58,710 nt of DNA, filler included, from Sphacelaria rigidula (GCA_964200075.2; 8 parts of 8 records of this genome joined end to end with filler, not necessarily neighbours in it); one strand, 5' to 3'; shown: positions 12,415 through 25,100, counted from the whole stretch's first letter. Notes: a model not told the origin generated them from the sequence alone. Translations and numbers: made by a program.

Positions 12415-12685
12415 TGTGAACCTGCGTGGAATCAGAACAAGGTTACAGTGCTGCTCCAGAGGCTTCCTTCCTCCCTGTCACGGGCTCCAGAGACTTCAAA
12501 GACTCAAGCAGTCATACAAAAAGCAATCTTTCGTTAACCAAAAGTGACCCTTCTTTGCTCCCGGAACAAACACAATATGCTACGCATCCAATAATCATCC
12601 TCCAAACCGTTGTCACACGATCCGAACTGATATCCATATACTACCGTACTCCTCATGCTAGAGGTGCTACTGTACTTTCTCTACG
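12415..12685 (-). repeat. 5' LTR of Gypsy element
   Basis: Direct repeat of 8221-8485. Its outer terminus abuts the inverted duplication. Confidence 0.88.
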
Positions 12686-14604
12686 TGGATGAGGACATGC
12701 TGCGCGAGAAAGTGGCGTCAGTCGTGGAGGCGCAGCAAGAGCTGCACAAGGAGGTGGTGCAGCGTGTTGAGAAGTCTCGTCATCTGCAACGACGTGTTGC
12801 TAGTAAGGGACAGTTGCCATATCTCATGATGGGTGGTTTTCTGTTGGCTGCGAGGGTTAGGCGCTCAGGAACAACGCCGAAACTCGTAAGTACGTTGACA
12901 CGGCCTTGGAGGATCGTGGCAGCGGAGCAAAAACATGTTTACGAGATTCAGAATATCATGAATGGCGAGGTAAAGGGTGAGCATGTTGCATGTCTTCGGT
13001 ACTATGCGGACAAGGAACTGGAGGTCTCCGCGGATCTGAAGGAGATGTTCCAGCATGCATATGCTCGAGGAGAGTTCGAGATGGAGGCCATCGCGGGAAT
13101 ATCTGAGGCTCACGAAGGAGATGGCTACGATGTACGTGTGGAGTAGATAGGTTTCGACGAGGACGAAAGTTCATGGGAGCCGTTGGATGTTATTTGGAGA
13201 GGAGCGCCGCAATTTGTACGATCGGAACTGCGGCAGTTGAGACTCAATAAGGAGGTACGGGAGCGTCTGAAGGCCAAGTATGGTATCAAGCTGTGACTGG
13301 TTGTCTGGGTACTTCGTGGATGGATTGTATCATGCGATTGGTGTTCGTCGAGTATAACACTTGGTTATCGTTTGCATGATTATTCTTTGTTGATATCCCA
13401 GATTTATTGTCGGTGTCTTCTGATGATCAAGCTCGCTTCCTACCGTCAAGTAAAACGTAGCTTGGGGTTGCTGTAGAGACAGTACAGTAGCACCTCTGGC
13501 ATGAGGAGTATGGTAGCATATGGATATCAGTTTGGATAGTATGACAACGGTTTGGAAGATGATTATTAAATGCGTAGCATATTGTGTTTATGAGGGGAGC
13601 AAAGAAGGGTCACTTCTGGTTAACGAAGACTGCTGTTTGTATAACTGCTTGAGTCTTGAAGTCTCTGGAGCCCGTGACAGGGAGGAAGCCTCTGGAGCAG
13701 CACTATGATCTTGTTATGATTCCAGGCAGGTTTACACCAACTCGCGGTTGTCACATCGTGTGAACGTGAGGGAATGATGCGTGACATTGTTCGTACCTTG
13801 AAGGTCACTATGCAGGAACGAAGATGCGATGCTCACGCCTCGGTGGGTTTGGTTCCTGCCGTGCAGTGGGTATTGAACACTGATTTTCGGCACAGCTGTG
13901 AGAGCTGTAGCTGTATACATGATGCCAGGAGCGACTGTTCGAGTGGAAATGCCGCTATACGGTGTGCACGAGATTGTAGCCGGTGAGCTGCTGTTTCTCA
14001 GGAGGAGCGCAGGAGAATCGCAAAGAAGGCATTACCTGAGGCGCTTGATGTTGTGGTGAGCGCCGGGTTGGGTGATGTCAAGGAGCAAGCACTGATGTAG
14101 TTGACTTGTATTCCTGAATTGTTTTGTGGACGATTGTAGGTGGTTGTGGTGTGGTCCCCGGATCTGTGTGTTGTGTTGCTCTGGTTGGCACGCATAATAC
14201 ATGGTGGTTTCTGCATAAAAGCTGCTGAGTGAAATATTAGCATGCATGTGTGACTGATGTACATGATGTCTGGTGAAAAGTCAGAGTGAGGCAGAGTGTG
14301 TGCTGAATGAAATAAAGCTCGTACATTATTGCTCGCGCTAAGAAAAGTGGAATCATCTTTATGCGGTTTGCAGAAACTGACTGTAGAAGATGGTGATTGC
14401 TGCTGTTGGCGAGAAAATGAGCGGAAACGACGAAATGCGTAGGCTCGTTTGTGAAGAAGTATAAGGCGGGTACTTCCAGAGGTTGACGATGAAAGAAATC
14501 ATGCGCGAATACCGTGATCTTTTACTGTGACACGTCTTTCGATGGCTTGTCATGTGTTTGGATAAGCACATGGATGGTGTTTCGCATCTGAAAAACGGAG
14601 AATG
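12686..14604. repeat. Right arm of 1919-bp inverted duplication
   Basis: Reverse complement of 7353-9271, with four substitutions seen near 12958-12991. Contains a third LTR copy at 13472-13736. Confidence 0.95.
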
Positions 14605-14704
14605 NNNNNNNNNNNNNNNNNNNNNNNNNNNNNNNNNNNNNNNNNNNNTTAATTAATTAANNNNNNNNNNNNNNNNNNNNNNNNNNNNNNNNNNNNNNNN
14701 NNNN
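14605..14704. other. Artificial contig spacer
   Basis: N44-TTAATTAATTAA-N44. Confidence 0.98.
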
Positions 14705-15533
14705 CCCTCCCCTCCACTCCTCAGAAGTGCGCACTGGTTCCGATATATTTTCGTCGTTTTCATAGTTTTGTCATCCTCCACAATCTCCCCACCTTGCCCC
14801 CTGTGCACACTTACTCTCGATTGACCCTAAATAATTCTTCCCCCCCAGAAGGCCCTCGGCTCGACACCACACTGAACGCAACCAACCAGCAACGTTCGTC
14901 ACACCACGCAAGAAAGTTTGTGATCCACTTGCCACCTCGCGTCCCTAGTGAGAGAAGAATGATCCCCGCGAACTGACATCCAAGGACTTCGCAGCAGCAG
15001 CAGCCCTTGCGCTGTTGGTACGTCGTCGATCACTGCACATATCACACAAAAGGGGTGCCCGGAGGGTCACAGGCAGGGAGGGCAGGAGGCAGAGAGGTGG
15101 CGATGTGATGCGTGCTTTTGGGAGGTAAGGTGATCGCCCGGAGATGGGCGTCTGCACGCAGATAACGCCTGCCAAATTTGTCCAACGTCTTTTTCGAGCA
15201 GCAGTACTTCCACTTTTCTTCCTCGCTGAAAACGCGTGGTCCGGTGTCATGAGAGACAAGTCGGGCTTGTTTGTACTGGCCGCTTCGAGCGTATCTCGTC
15301 GATACGTAGCGTACTTCTTGGTACGTGTTCGGCATTCTTTGAGTTTGGCTTTGCTCCGTGACATTTCATGCAGCCGAGACGGGGGGAAGACCTCAGGGGG
15401 GTGCCCAGAAAAAGGAGATACGGAACGACTGCACGCAAAAACGAATCGCAGCGTGGTCGTATTTTGTAGTAAATAGTGTACACACGACTCAGTAGCAGTA
15501 AGAACATCCCATCTCGGAGCGGTATCCCTACAC

Positions 15534-17053
15534 CTCGCCAAGCTGCCACACGTAGCATCTTTCCCCCTGCTCTCTCGTCTACATAGTCGGGTGAATACAC
15601 ACACAGTCCACGATACGCGAACGCCCGCACCAGCCTCTTCGTTTCTGACTGCATGCGGTCAGACCACTTTCTCAACAAGCCCACCAAAACATCACGCGTA
15701 ATCTCAAAAGCAACGTTCCGGAATTGTTGTAGAACATACCTTACTCGCGCCGCCACCGAGTCTCGTCCGTCCGCCAGTTTTGGCTTGACGTCTTTGTCCT
15801 TCGGTTCCGCCAGCGTCCCCTTGCCGCCTTGCCGCGGCCGTACGAGCGGTACTCCAATCACGCCTACCATCTCAGATCCCAGGTCGGTGTCGGTCCTGCA
15901 AATGAGGGTAGATGTTGTATACATATGTTTCTCACAACCAGAAACATGACATCATTTTTTATGTCAAGGAGGGGACGAGGAGTGTAGAGGGGACTTCTAT
16001 CTGTAGTCAGTATATGGCGTTCGAGGCGATGAACTACTACGAAGAGCTACCAGGATAAGGAATAACTTGAAGACGTACATGATTTAATGTCTCATTTTGT
16101 GTATACAACTCTACTCAACCCAGCCAGCATCTTCCATACTCTGAGCGTATCACACGCACACCATCCTCCCAACGTCAGCTGCATCTCGAAAGGGATGTGT
16201 GGTCAACGGTCAAACGACTAAGGCGAGCAACAAACAATACGCCTGCCCCCCCCCCCCCAACGTCAAAAACGACGACTTTACCGAAATTGAACATCAAATT
16301 CCCGGAATACCTCGAGTACGGGCATCGAGAGTCCTCGTCGAAGTGCGCCTTCTTCCTCGGCTGTTTTTGCGCAGCCGATCCGACTCTCGTCGCCGCGACC
16401 TTTCGTGCCTGCAACCTTCCGCCAGTCAAGGTAGAAACGGAAGGCTTCTTTGCGGTGCAGCTAGTCCCGCCTACCCTGTCCCCGCCTGCGCATAACGCCA
16501 CACGACCGCCCCGAGCCGACCTTATCCCTTGTTCCCTGTTCGCATCGAGGCACCCCAGAGACCTCCTTTGTGGGATCGATGCGTCGGTACGCTTTGTCTG
16601 ATAAGAAGCTAGCGATGGTGATTCCTGCCGTGCGCTCGCCGGCCGCAACGAAGCCATGGACTCGGTCGCGGTGTTGGCGCTAGCCAACCGCCGCGTAGTT
16701 TCATGGCCTGCGGTGATGGCCAACGATGGAGTAGGCGAAGAGGCCGCGTTGGGAGGCTCAACGGCGAGCAATCCCCGGCGGTTAGGTGTGGCGGCCTCTG
16801 GTGTAAGGTGGAGCTCGCTGGCCGCTCCCGAAGACATCACTCTAACCCAGAAGTTGCTATCGTGCAGGGCACCCCGCATCTTTGACGGCGTCGGGGTGTT
16901 GATGCAAACTAGGTCGGCAGTAGCATCTACCTGACGACCGGCCTCCTCTAGGTCTTGGAGAACCAGGACCTGTCGCTTCAGCTCCGAGTTTTCCTCCCGG
17001 AGCTTAGCGATGACGGTGTCCTGGTCATCGACTTTTTTCTGCAGGATGGCCAC
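15534..17053 (-). CDS. Unknown multi-exon protein (coiled-coil, S/T/A/R-rich linker, apparently folded segment), partial; exons 17053-16311 and 15895-15534
   Basis: Two long open exons join in phase 2 (AG|GTATTC ... TGCAG|G) to give ...CPYSR-TDTDLGSEMVGVIGVPLVRP... Flanking candidate exons (~17473-17830, ~15390-15040) contain stops, so it may be a pseudogene or TE-derived. Confidence 0.5.
16178..16258 (+). mobile_element. Short LINE 3'-end fragment
   Basis: Matches the last ~65 nt of the LINE at 24326-25332 and ends in C13. Confidence 0.65.
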
Positions 17054-18080
17054 CTTTGAGTTTGGTCAAGCGACGAAGCAACAGAGCAACCAGAACCAGT
17101 TCCAGCGGTTTGGACCTCACGGAGGCATTCGGATATGTGAGGGAGCGTTTTTTCGTATCATCAGCCACACCACCCGTATTTATCAGTACTGTAGTATAGG
17201 TCAACAACCCACTTCTCTCAAAAGCGCAGCGGGCAGAGGGAGTGAGCTTTGTCAGGATACCAGTTCATAGTGCTTGAGTTCCATGTAGGCGAATGGACGG
17301 CTGTGGTACACTTCGTCCACCTCCTATCACGTGGGCACCGAGCATCTTTGAAGATCTCATTTCAATACACATAACTTGGCTTGACGGGTCACTAACTTCG
17401 TAAGGATGGCGTGGACCAGGTAATGACAGCATTTGTTGTGTTAATGTCCTGTGTCTACCCCCCCCCCCCCCTACCCTTCCATAGACGGAGTCTGTATCCT
17501 CAGGGGGTTCTGTTAGCACATCTATTCCGCTTACGACGTGCGTTGCACTGCGTGTGTCGCGCATTACATCGGCTCTCCCGCGGTCCGCCGACGCATATCG
17601 ACATGTTGTATTGTTTTTTTCGTCACACTTTAACCCCTCCCCTTCCTCGGGACAAGTCCGTGGTCTCATCGAGAGATCAGCTCATCTCTCCCCCGGTACA
17701 CGCCTGACATTCTGGTCTGGCCGATTGGATCAGCACCTCCGCTTCGACTCTTGTCAAACAAAGTCCGTCCAACAAGCGTTTTGCCACTCACGTCCCCACG
17801 CTTTCGACGATGAATGTCAGGTACTACTGTGCTTATGAGAAAAATCCCAGGCACATCTGGCGACAAGTGAACCCACGCTTGTTCCACCCTATTGGTATCA
17901 CCTGCACCATTTTAATTCAGGACGGGGGTTATATCGTTGGTCAATTTATGTGCGCACTCTGTCACGTTTCGGTACGACGGGGGACCAAGAAAATAGTAGC
18001 ACAACTGGTCCAAAATGGTCATACCACACACACATGTATATATATATATATATATTCATATCTCCCAAAGCATGCAGTGC

Positions 18081-18159
18081 TGCTCCGTCTCGAAAGGTAT
18101 GCATGGTCAATGATCAAACGGCTAAGGCAAGCAACGAATGAGTACACTCCCCCCTCCCC
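18081..18159 (+). mobile_element. Short LINE 3'-end fragment
   Basis: TGCTCCGTCTCGAAAGG...AAGGCAAGCAACGAATGAGTAC followed by a C-rich run. Confidence 0.7.
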
Positions 18160-19394
18160 AAATTACGTATTGTTGGCTTCAAATCACGTCATTATTAGTA
18201 AAACAACACTGCTTTAAGGTGGGATTCCTTAGGCACATGGGTTGAGGATATGTGCTGCTACACACGTACCTTGAAAAAGAAACATGAGAGCACAACGGTC
18301 CCACGCCTCATGCGGCTCATACGCTAAAGAGGTATAATTTACCAATTTGCACCGTACCTAGTACGGTCAGATTTAATCGGATACGTCCGAGGTGTTTGTT
18401 TTTTTGCGAAATAAGCCTTCTAGACTGCCCCGCTACCTTTTGAAGGTAGATGTGGACTACCCTCCTCTCTTTATCTAGTCGAACTCTTCGCCCTCAAGAA
18501 TGTGCAGTCGTTGTGTTCAGTTCACGGCACGAAAGCGGGTAAATGGATTCTTCGGGGTTCCATGGATGCTGTTGTTGGAAGTTTGGGTAGAGGAGCGCGC
18601 CAACTACGTCGGGAGTGGGGGTTAGTCTGCACCTATCCTGAAAAGAGAGTAAGGGGGTTCAGAAAATGTATGAAGGGAAAGGAAACACTACATCGGACAT
18701 ACCCGTGAAAATCTGGCCCAACTAGGTATGTATGGTTGAGATTGGCGGACAAGATTCCTCTTGCCCGTGGATCGTCTGAGGCGACTTTTCGTAAACAAGA
18801 CACTGGTGCAGCACATATTCCTAATCGGCTTGTCTGCAGAATTTCGAGCATAAGCAGTGTTTGGCCTATTGCGTGGTTCCGGAAAACACGTTTCCTTGTT
18901 GAGAGCAGAATATCCAGAGGCATGCCTTTCCTGACCTATTGCCCGGGATACGACCACACAGTACTGTCCAGATTCGAACCCAGGAAACCCACCCGAAGCA
19001 GTGTTCATGTACAACTGCTATCGTAGTACGTCCACACTCAATCACGCAGTGACAACTATTTGTACCATGTGTTTGTGCAGTTCTCCACGAGAAGAGCAAC
19101 ATTTTTCATTCTTCCTGAGCATGCAACTCCCGAGGCAACAAAAATAAACACGAGATTTTGAAAATTGAGAATGCTTTTATTGTTCATGATGCATGTAGGG
19201 AGCCATCACGAGCATCGAAATGTCATCAAAAACAAAATGCAAGGGTACTATCCATCCGTCATGTGTGGCCTTGCTCATCCTAAAAACATTCCATCTGCAA
19301 TTTGTTTAATGCTGTCAACAGGGAATTCTGACCAATCAGGACGGAGCCAGTCTCCTCGCAGATGAGACTGGCCCTTGAAAAGAGTTGTAGCTCC

Positions 19395-19719
19395 AAAACA
19401 GTGCTTCACGTGACCTGAAGTCATACCAAAGGATATTCATATATGGACAACCTCATGCCCCCCGACCTCCCTGCAACTATGTTTAATTTCTCGTCTTCCG
19501 TTCCCACAGAGGATACGCGCAAAAGCACCATTTTCGGAGTGAGAAAAGGAACGTTTTCTTCACCCCGAAATCGAGGCAAGAAGGTGCTTTTGCACATACC
19601 TTCCGAGGGAACGGAAGGGGGAAGACTCCCAAACTTACTTCCAGCGAGGTCGGGGGGCATAAGGCCGCCTATATATGGATATCATTTGTCATGACTTGAG
19701 GTCAAGGAAACTCTGTTTT
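19395..19719. mobile_element. Palindromic MITE, family F copy 1
   Basis: ~135-bp imperfect inverted arms around the core TTCACCCCGAAATCGAGG, which is shared with 20495-20939. Confidence 0.75.
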
Positions 19720-19728
19720 ATAACCATT

Positions 19729-20300
19729 CACACGCCGGACGAGCACGAGTATGACTCGTGAAACTCGCACTCGTTGTGCTGCTCGTTGGCCGGAAAACTT
19801 GATAGGGCGAGCACTCGAGTCATTACTCGTTGTGGAAAAAAACAAAAGGGCGAGCACTCGAGTCATTGCTCGTCGTGGAAAACAGCAACAAGGCGAGCAC
19901 TCGAGTCACTGCTCGTTGTGAAAAACATTGTAGGGCGAGAACTCGAGTCATCGCTCGTGGCGGAGAAGTAAATGACTCGAGCTCACAATCTATTGCTCGT
20001 GATGAACGACATGAGTGGAGGAGTCAGCAATCCGACGAGAAAATAAACATAATGAGCTCTTCCACGATCTTCGACCTAGAATCTTCGAGTTCACATGCAT
20101 CCTTGCCCGTTGTGAAAAAAAAGTAATGACTCGAGCAACGATTCATCGCTCGTTGTAAAAAAGTCAATGGCTCGAGCAACCAGTCACTGCTCGTTGAAAA
20201 CAAAATCAATGACTCGATTACACGAGTCATGCTCGCTGTATTTCTAAAAAGCATCCACGAGTGCACTCATTTCGACGAATAATGACTCGTCCGACGTATG
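19729..20300. mobile_element. Non-autonomous TIR element (hAT-like?) with a 43-bp internal repeat array
   Basis: TIR CACACGCCGGACGAG / CTCGTCCGACGTATG. Four 42-43-bp units at 19804-19965, with variants to ~20240. Confidence 0.6.
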
Positions 20301-20494
20301 AAAGCATGTTTTGGAGTTGAACCCCATTTAAATGTTGCTCGTTTTCGAGGACACTCTCTAACCAGCTTTTTTGTACGAGAGTAAACGTACTGTATAGGTC
20401 GAAATCGTTCGGTATCAACAGGGGATTTTTGAATTTGCGCATGGATTCTTCTGAAGATGAACGATGTCACACATCACGGCCGGATAGTGCATTT

Positions 20495-20939
20495 GCATTC
20501 AAAAATGGATTCTCGAAAATGGGGTTGAAAACAAAATGATACTCAACTCAAACACCGTGCTTTCCCTGACCTAAACTCATGACAAATGGCTTCATGTGGA
20601 CGATCTCATCCCTCCCGACCTCCCTAGAACTATTTCGGGGGATTTCTAGCTTTCCGTTCCCCCAAAGGCTGTGTGCGAAAGCGCGATTTTTGGGCCAAAA
20701 ATTGCCCTTTTTTCACCCCGAAATCGAGGTAAATGTCTGCTTTCGTACATACCCTGTGGGGGAACGGAAGGCGAGAAACCCCCCGAAATAGTTTTAGGGA
20801 GGTTGGGAGGGATGACATTGTCCATATAAAAGCCATCTATCATGAATATGGGTCAGGGAAAGCACGGCTTTTGAGTTGAACTGAACCTCTTTTTTTTTTG
20901 CCAACCACACTTTCGAGAATCCACTGTTATTTTTAATGC
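20495..20939. mobile_element. Palindromic MITE, family F copy 2
   Basis: ~190-bp inverted arms. A third copy begins at 21904-21955 and is cut by the contig end. Confidence 0.8.
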
Positions 20940-21955
20940 GAAGATATTTCGATGTTTATGAAGATCCCCAAAGCTCGCCATTGGAACAAAAAAGATGTCC
21001 TCAATTTGAAAATTGCGGTGTTTTCAGTTCAGTCTCGCCTACGGACTACAGGATACTGCACCGCGAAATCGGGATAGACGTGAGGTGTCATCGGTTCGGA
21101 AGACAAAACCAATATTACGGTGGTGTATAGTCAAGAGAAGTAAACGCGCAGGAAACAATGACTGCACACAAGTGTGACCCCCCACAACAAACTCCTGTTT
21201 CGTAGCGCCTCCAAAAACTTCAAGCCAGCTGTAGACACTATTATATACATATCATCGCAACACACGGGTAACTTGGATACATCAAATAAAACTTAAAGAG
21301 CGTAACTTTCGTCAGGTGCGGGTCGCATATATATGCAGAGAGCAAACACACGATGCGGTAGCGCACGTCGAAAACGAGCACTACGTTTGTACGGGGGAAT
21401 ACTTTTTTCGAACCCATTTTTGAGCATCAGGCAGTAAAACCAGTCCGAATAAACACTCATCAACCAGACAGCTCGAACGATCCATTCAGATTTTGAATCA
21501 GCGCCCGTAATCTCGAGATATGGACATTTGAAGAGGGGCACCTCGGGTAAAGGAGCACCTGATTCGGCCCAAGGGTAGCATGGATATGAAGGCATAACTC
21601 ACTGCGGAGAAATTGTTCTTTATTTTTTTCTCCTGTGACGCCCTCAATGATGAAATTCTTTTGAGGCACCATTTATTTAGTATTCCAATCATAATTGACG
21701 ATTCTACAGTGCAATGTTTGTTCAAACTCTTACCCCCAGCCAGCCCAAGGGTAACGTCCAAAATCATGGATATTAAGGCATAATTGATTACGAGCATAAT
21801 GCATATTTTCCGCTTTCGCTTTGCTTTCACCTGCGTGACACTTTTGTTGATGCGGTTCTTCCAAGCCACTGGTTGTTATATTCCGATCACAATTAACAGC
21901 TGATTTTCGAAAATGGGGTTGAAACAAAATGAGGTTAAACTCAAAAGCCGTGCTT

Positions 21956-22055
21956 NNNNNNNNNNNNNNNNNNNNNNNNNNNNNNNNNNNNNNNNNNNNT
22001 TAATTAATTAANNNNNNNNNNNNNNNNNNNNNNNNNNNNNNNNNNNNNNNNNNNN
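21956..22055. other. Artificial contig spacer
   Basis: N44-TTAATTAATTAA-N44. Confidence 0.98.
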
Positions 22056-22119
22056 CAACATCTTGGGTCACCCCCCCCCCCTCCCCCCCCGCCCTCCCCC
22101 TTCCCCCTCAACAACACAG

Positions 22120-25100
22120 GTCACCGTCGAGACCTTCTTGGAAGACAGCGAAGTAATCGAGGATGATGGAACCCGTCGCCACCTCCGCTCGATCCTGGCC
22201 AACGACATGCCCCTGACTCGCAAGCTGCAGGATGACCTGGAGGTCAATTCAGCCAGCGTAAGTAATATGGAATTGAGATCGGTTTCGATTTTCGAGTCGC
22301 AGTGCGGATGCATTTCTGATTGCTTGGGCGATCGGGGCGGAGTTCACCTCTCTCCGAAAAAACAGTACTTTCGTAAGGCCCCGGTGGTGAAACGTGGTAC
22401 ATGTAAGACTTATCTCGGGTGGCCTTGGTGGGTTCGAACCAGGGCAGGGAGTAGAGTCTTTGTTTCTCTATTCCTGTCGTGTCACGTCGTGTTGGCTTTC
22501 TCCGATCTCTGCGGGCATCGCGTTGTCCTGAACGGAGTGTTGATTGTTTGGCTACCAGACTGGGTCCTGAGTTCCATTGCATCGGTATCATTATCAGGTG
22601 AAAAAAATGAGCCAGCAAGATGGCCTACCCTGGCGGTCAAAGGGTTGACGGGCCCGCAGAACCTCACTCTACTGTGCGTCATGTAGCTTACAACCTAGTG
22701 CTTTGACTAATTCCTGGTTGTCGCCATCCCCTCCCCAAATCGGGAAATGATGGAACTGGCCGCGTGCATAATGCTATCAGGTGGACGTGATGTTTCTCTA
22801 CACGGACGCCGCACTGGTGAAGATGGGTGGTATTACCCCAGCACAGCTGACGTCCATCATCTACGGCGGCCTGGCTTCCACGAACGCTGCGTTCGCCAAC
22901 TCTGGCGTCGACCTCACCTTCAATTTGGCATATGTTGGCTTTGTGAGTTTCTACTCCTAAATGGCGCTTGGTAGTAGATGATAGCAGATGACCACTTCAA
23001 AGGAGACCCGTCAGCCAGTGCCGTACATCTGCCCCACAGAGCTACTCTCTGCAATAACGTTTCCTAGCAACATCGTTTACAGACAGCCACAGCTAAACAA
23101 GCACGTATGAGGGCACGAGGCCCCAGGAGAGCGAAAATAGAATCTTGAGCAGTGTGTTTTACTCCGACTCTGCCACCGTGAATTCTGACTATGCTCTGGT
23201 TTCAGAGCCTGTGCCTGGTTTATCATTACGGCCGAGTTGGTGGTATGTCTCCAGGTGTAGCATTTTGTTTTTCTTTATTTTTTGCCCTTTCTCGGCTTTC
23301 CTTCAAAAAGAGTGTTTACGCTCTTGTCACCTCGTGTGTGTCGTGTCTTGTAACCGCGGCTGGCTCCCTCGCGATCCGTCAATGTGCGACAAAATCAACC
23401 AAAATCCGGCGTGTCGTCAACGACGAACAGTACTCCGACACCGAGGACTCGAGCAGCGCAGTGAACACAGTCGTGGCCCTCCGGGGAGATGCCGAGGTCC
23501 AAGCCCTTCGCGAGACGTACCAAGCGGACTTGGTGCAACTCGTCGGCTCCTTCGCTTCCTCGTGCAGCGCTGGGTAAGTACCCATATCTTGTTTTTATTT
23601 CCCCAGCGGGAGTTTATGAGTTGGTGTGGGGATAGGCTGTCTAAAATATACTTTGTATAGTTTTTCAAAAGGCGTCCTAAAGTTGGATAGGACAATAGAC
23701 AGATTGATTAAACCGTTTGTTATTGGAACCTGCAGTCTGTGACGTCAGGCAGTGTAAGCGGCGTATTTTCGTCACAAGTCTCTTTGCGGCCACAGACCAA
23801 CGTGATTGTAATATAACCCATTTTTCAAGTATAAATAACGCCCAATCAAGCAATAGGCAGATGCATCCATGCAGGCAAGACCGGGATATCGTCTAGGAAA
23901 CAGAGGCGAGCAGGGTATTATGCTGGCACCGCCCATTATACCTTTGGAACCCCTCCGCATTTCGAAGTAGATCATAACGGCAACAGGTCTTGTACCCGCG
24001 ACTGCTGACAACCCCAACGATTCGCATTTCCATCAGGTACAACTTCAATGGAAACGCGCTGAACGGGTTCTCCGTCGTGAACCCGATTTGCATCGACAAC
24101 TTTTCTCACTCCCACGCGTTCGGGCACAACCTAGGCTGCTACCGCAACAGGGGCAACTCTTTGGTCCAGAAGGACTTCGAGCATGGCTACCGCGTTTGCG
24201 ACGGCACCGACCCGTGAGTATTCCATAGCTGATATGGGGTGCACTGGTAATTGTTTTCAACTTGTAAATCTGGTTTTGCGGCAATTAGGCTTGTTTGATG
24301 TGTTTTGACCAACAGGCGCGCGCGCGGGGGGGGTACTCATTTGTTGCTCGCCTTGGTCATTTGATCATTTATCACGCGTCTTTTTCGAGACGGAGCACTG
24401 TTCCTACTCCTGATAGAGCCACCTTCGATATCCCGGCGCTCATTACGTTTCTTCTTTACATGACACAAAAACTTTTTACATATCTTATCCCCGTCCTGTT
24501 TCGCCGTCTCTGGCCACCATGTATTTCCTAGCAGAGCCATCATTTTCTCCCTACTGTCTAATGCGCAGTTCCATCCATCTACTTCCTCCTCCTTCTGACG
24601 ACTGGTATTTCTATTTTTTTCTGGCAGGTCTAGGTCCCCCACTCGAAATACCAGTTTCAGATTTTTCGCAGCGTCCATTGGGCCATGCAGATATGTTTCA
24701 AATCCCTATCCCCTCTCTCAACCCCTCTAGTCATCTCCGGGTGTTCTTCCTCGTCTACTTTGCGTTTCAGCGCTCCTTTCCCACTTAGTTCTATAAAATA
24801 TCTGATTTTTGTCTTATACCTCCGCCTTCATCTAAGGACAATTTTTCGTCTTGGTTTCCTCCTATCTCCCTCCACACTTTCTCGACTTCTCTATCCCACA
24901 TTATTCCAGCCTCCACTTTCGTACTTTTCTTCCATACAGCCCTATCAACTGTAGCTGGTAATCTCTTCCTTTGGATGTTCTGTACGCTACATTGCCATCG
25001 CAATTTCCTCGTATCTCTGTTTGTCTTGAGTGAATACATTCCCAATCTCTAATCTGTGCCTTACCCATTCCTATTACTTTGTTTATTTGTGCATTTCAAG

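Larger units (their letters stand above)
8221..12685 (-). mobile_element. Ty3/Gypsy chromovirus-type LTR retrotransposon, decayed and internally deleted
   Basis: LTRs at 8221-8485 and 12415-12685. Gag zinc knuckle CFRCSDKGHDKKSC (~11360-11405). RT motifs LQGYWQMPL, TRVPQGVLNA and WVGDIL (DD motif mutated). RT is fused directly to integrase WALNT (RNase H and IN N-terminus lost). Chromodomain-like tail YDVRVE*IGFDEDESSWEP. Many stops and frameshifts. Confidence 0.92.

Noticed and set aside
11816..12547. 243-aa plus-strand ORF
   Set aside because: Antisense to Gypsy gag and LTR, with no recognisable motif.
19804..19965. CRISPR-like array of palindromic repeats
   Set aside because: Linkers are only ~15 bp, A-rich and similar to each other. 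There are no cas genes, the context is eukaryotic, and the array is bounded by TIRs.
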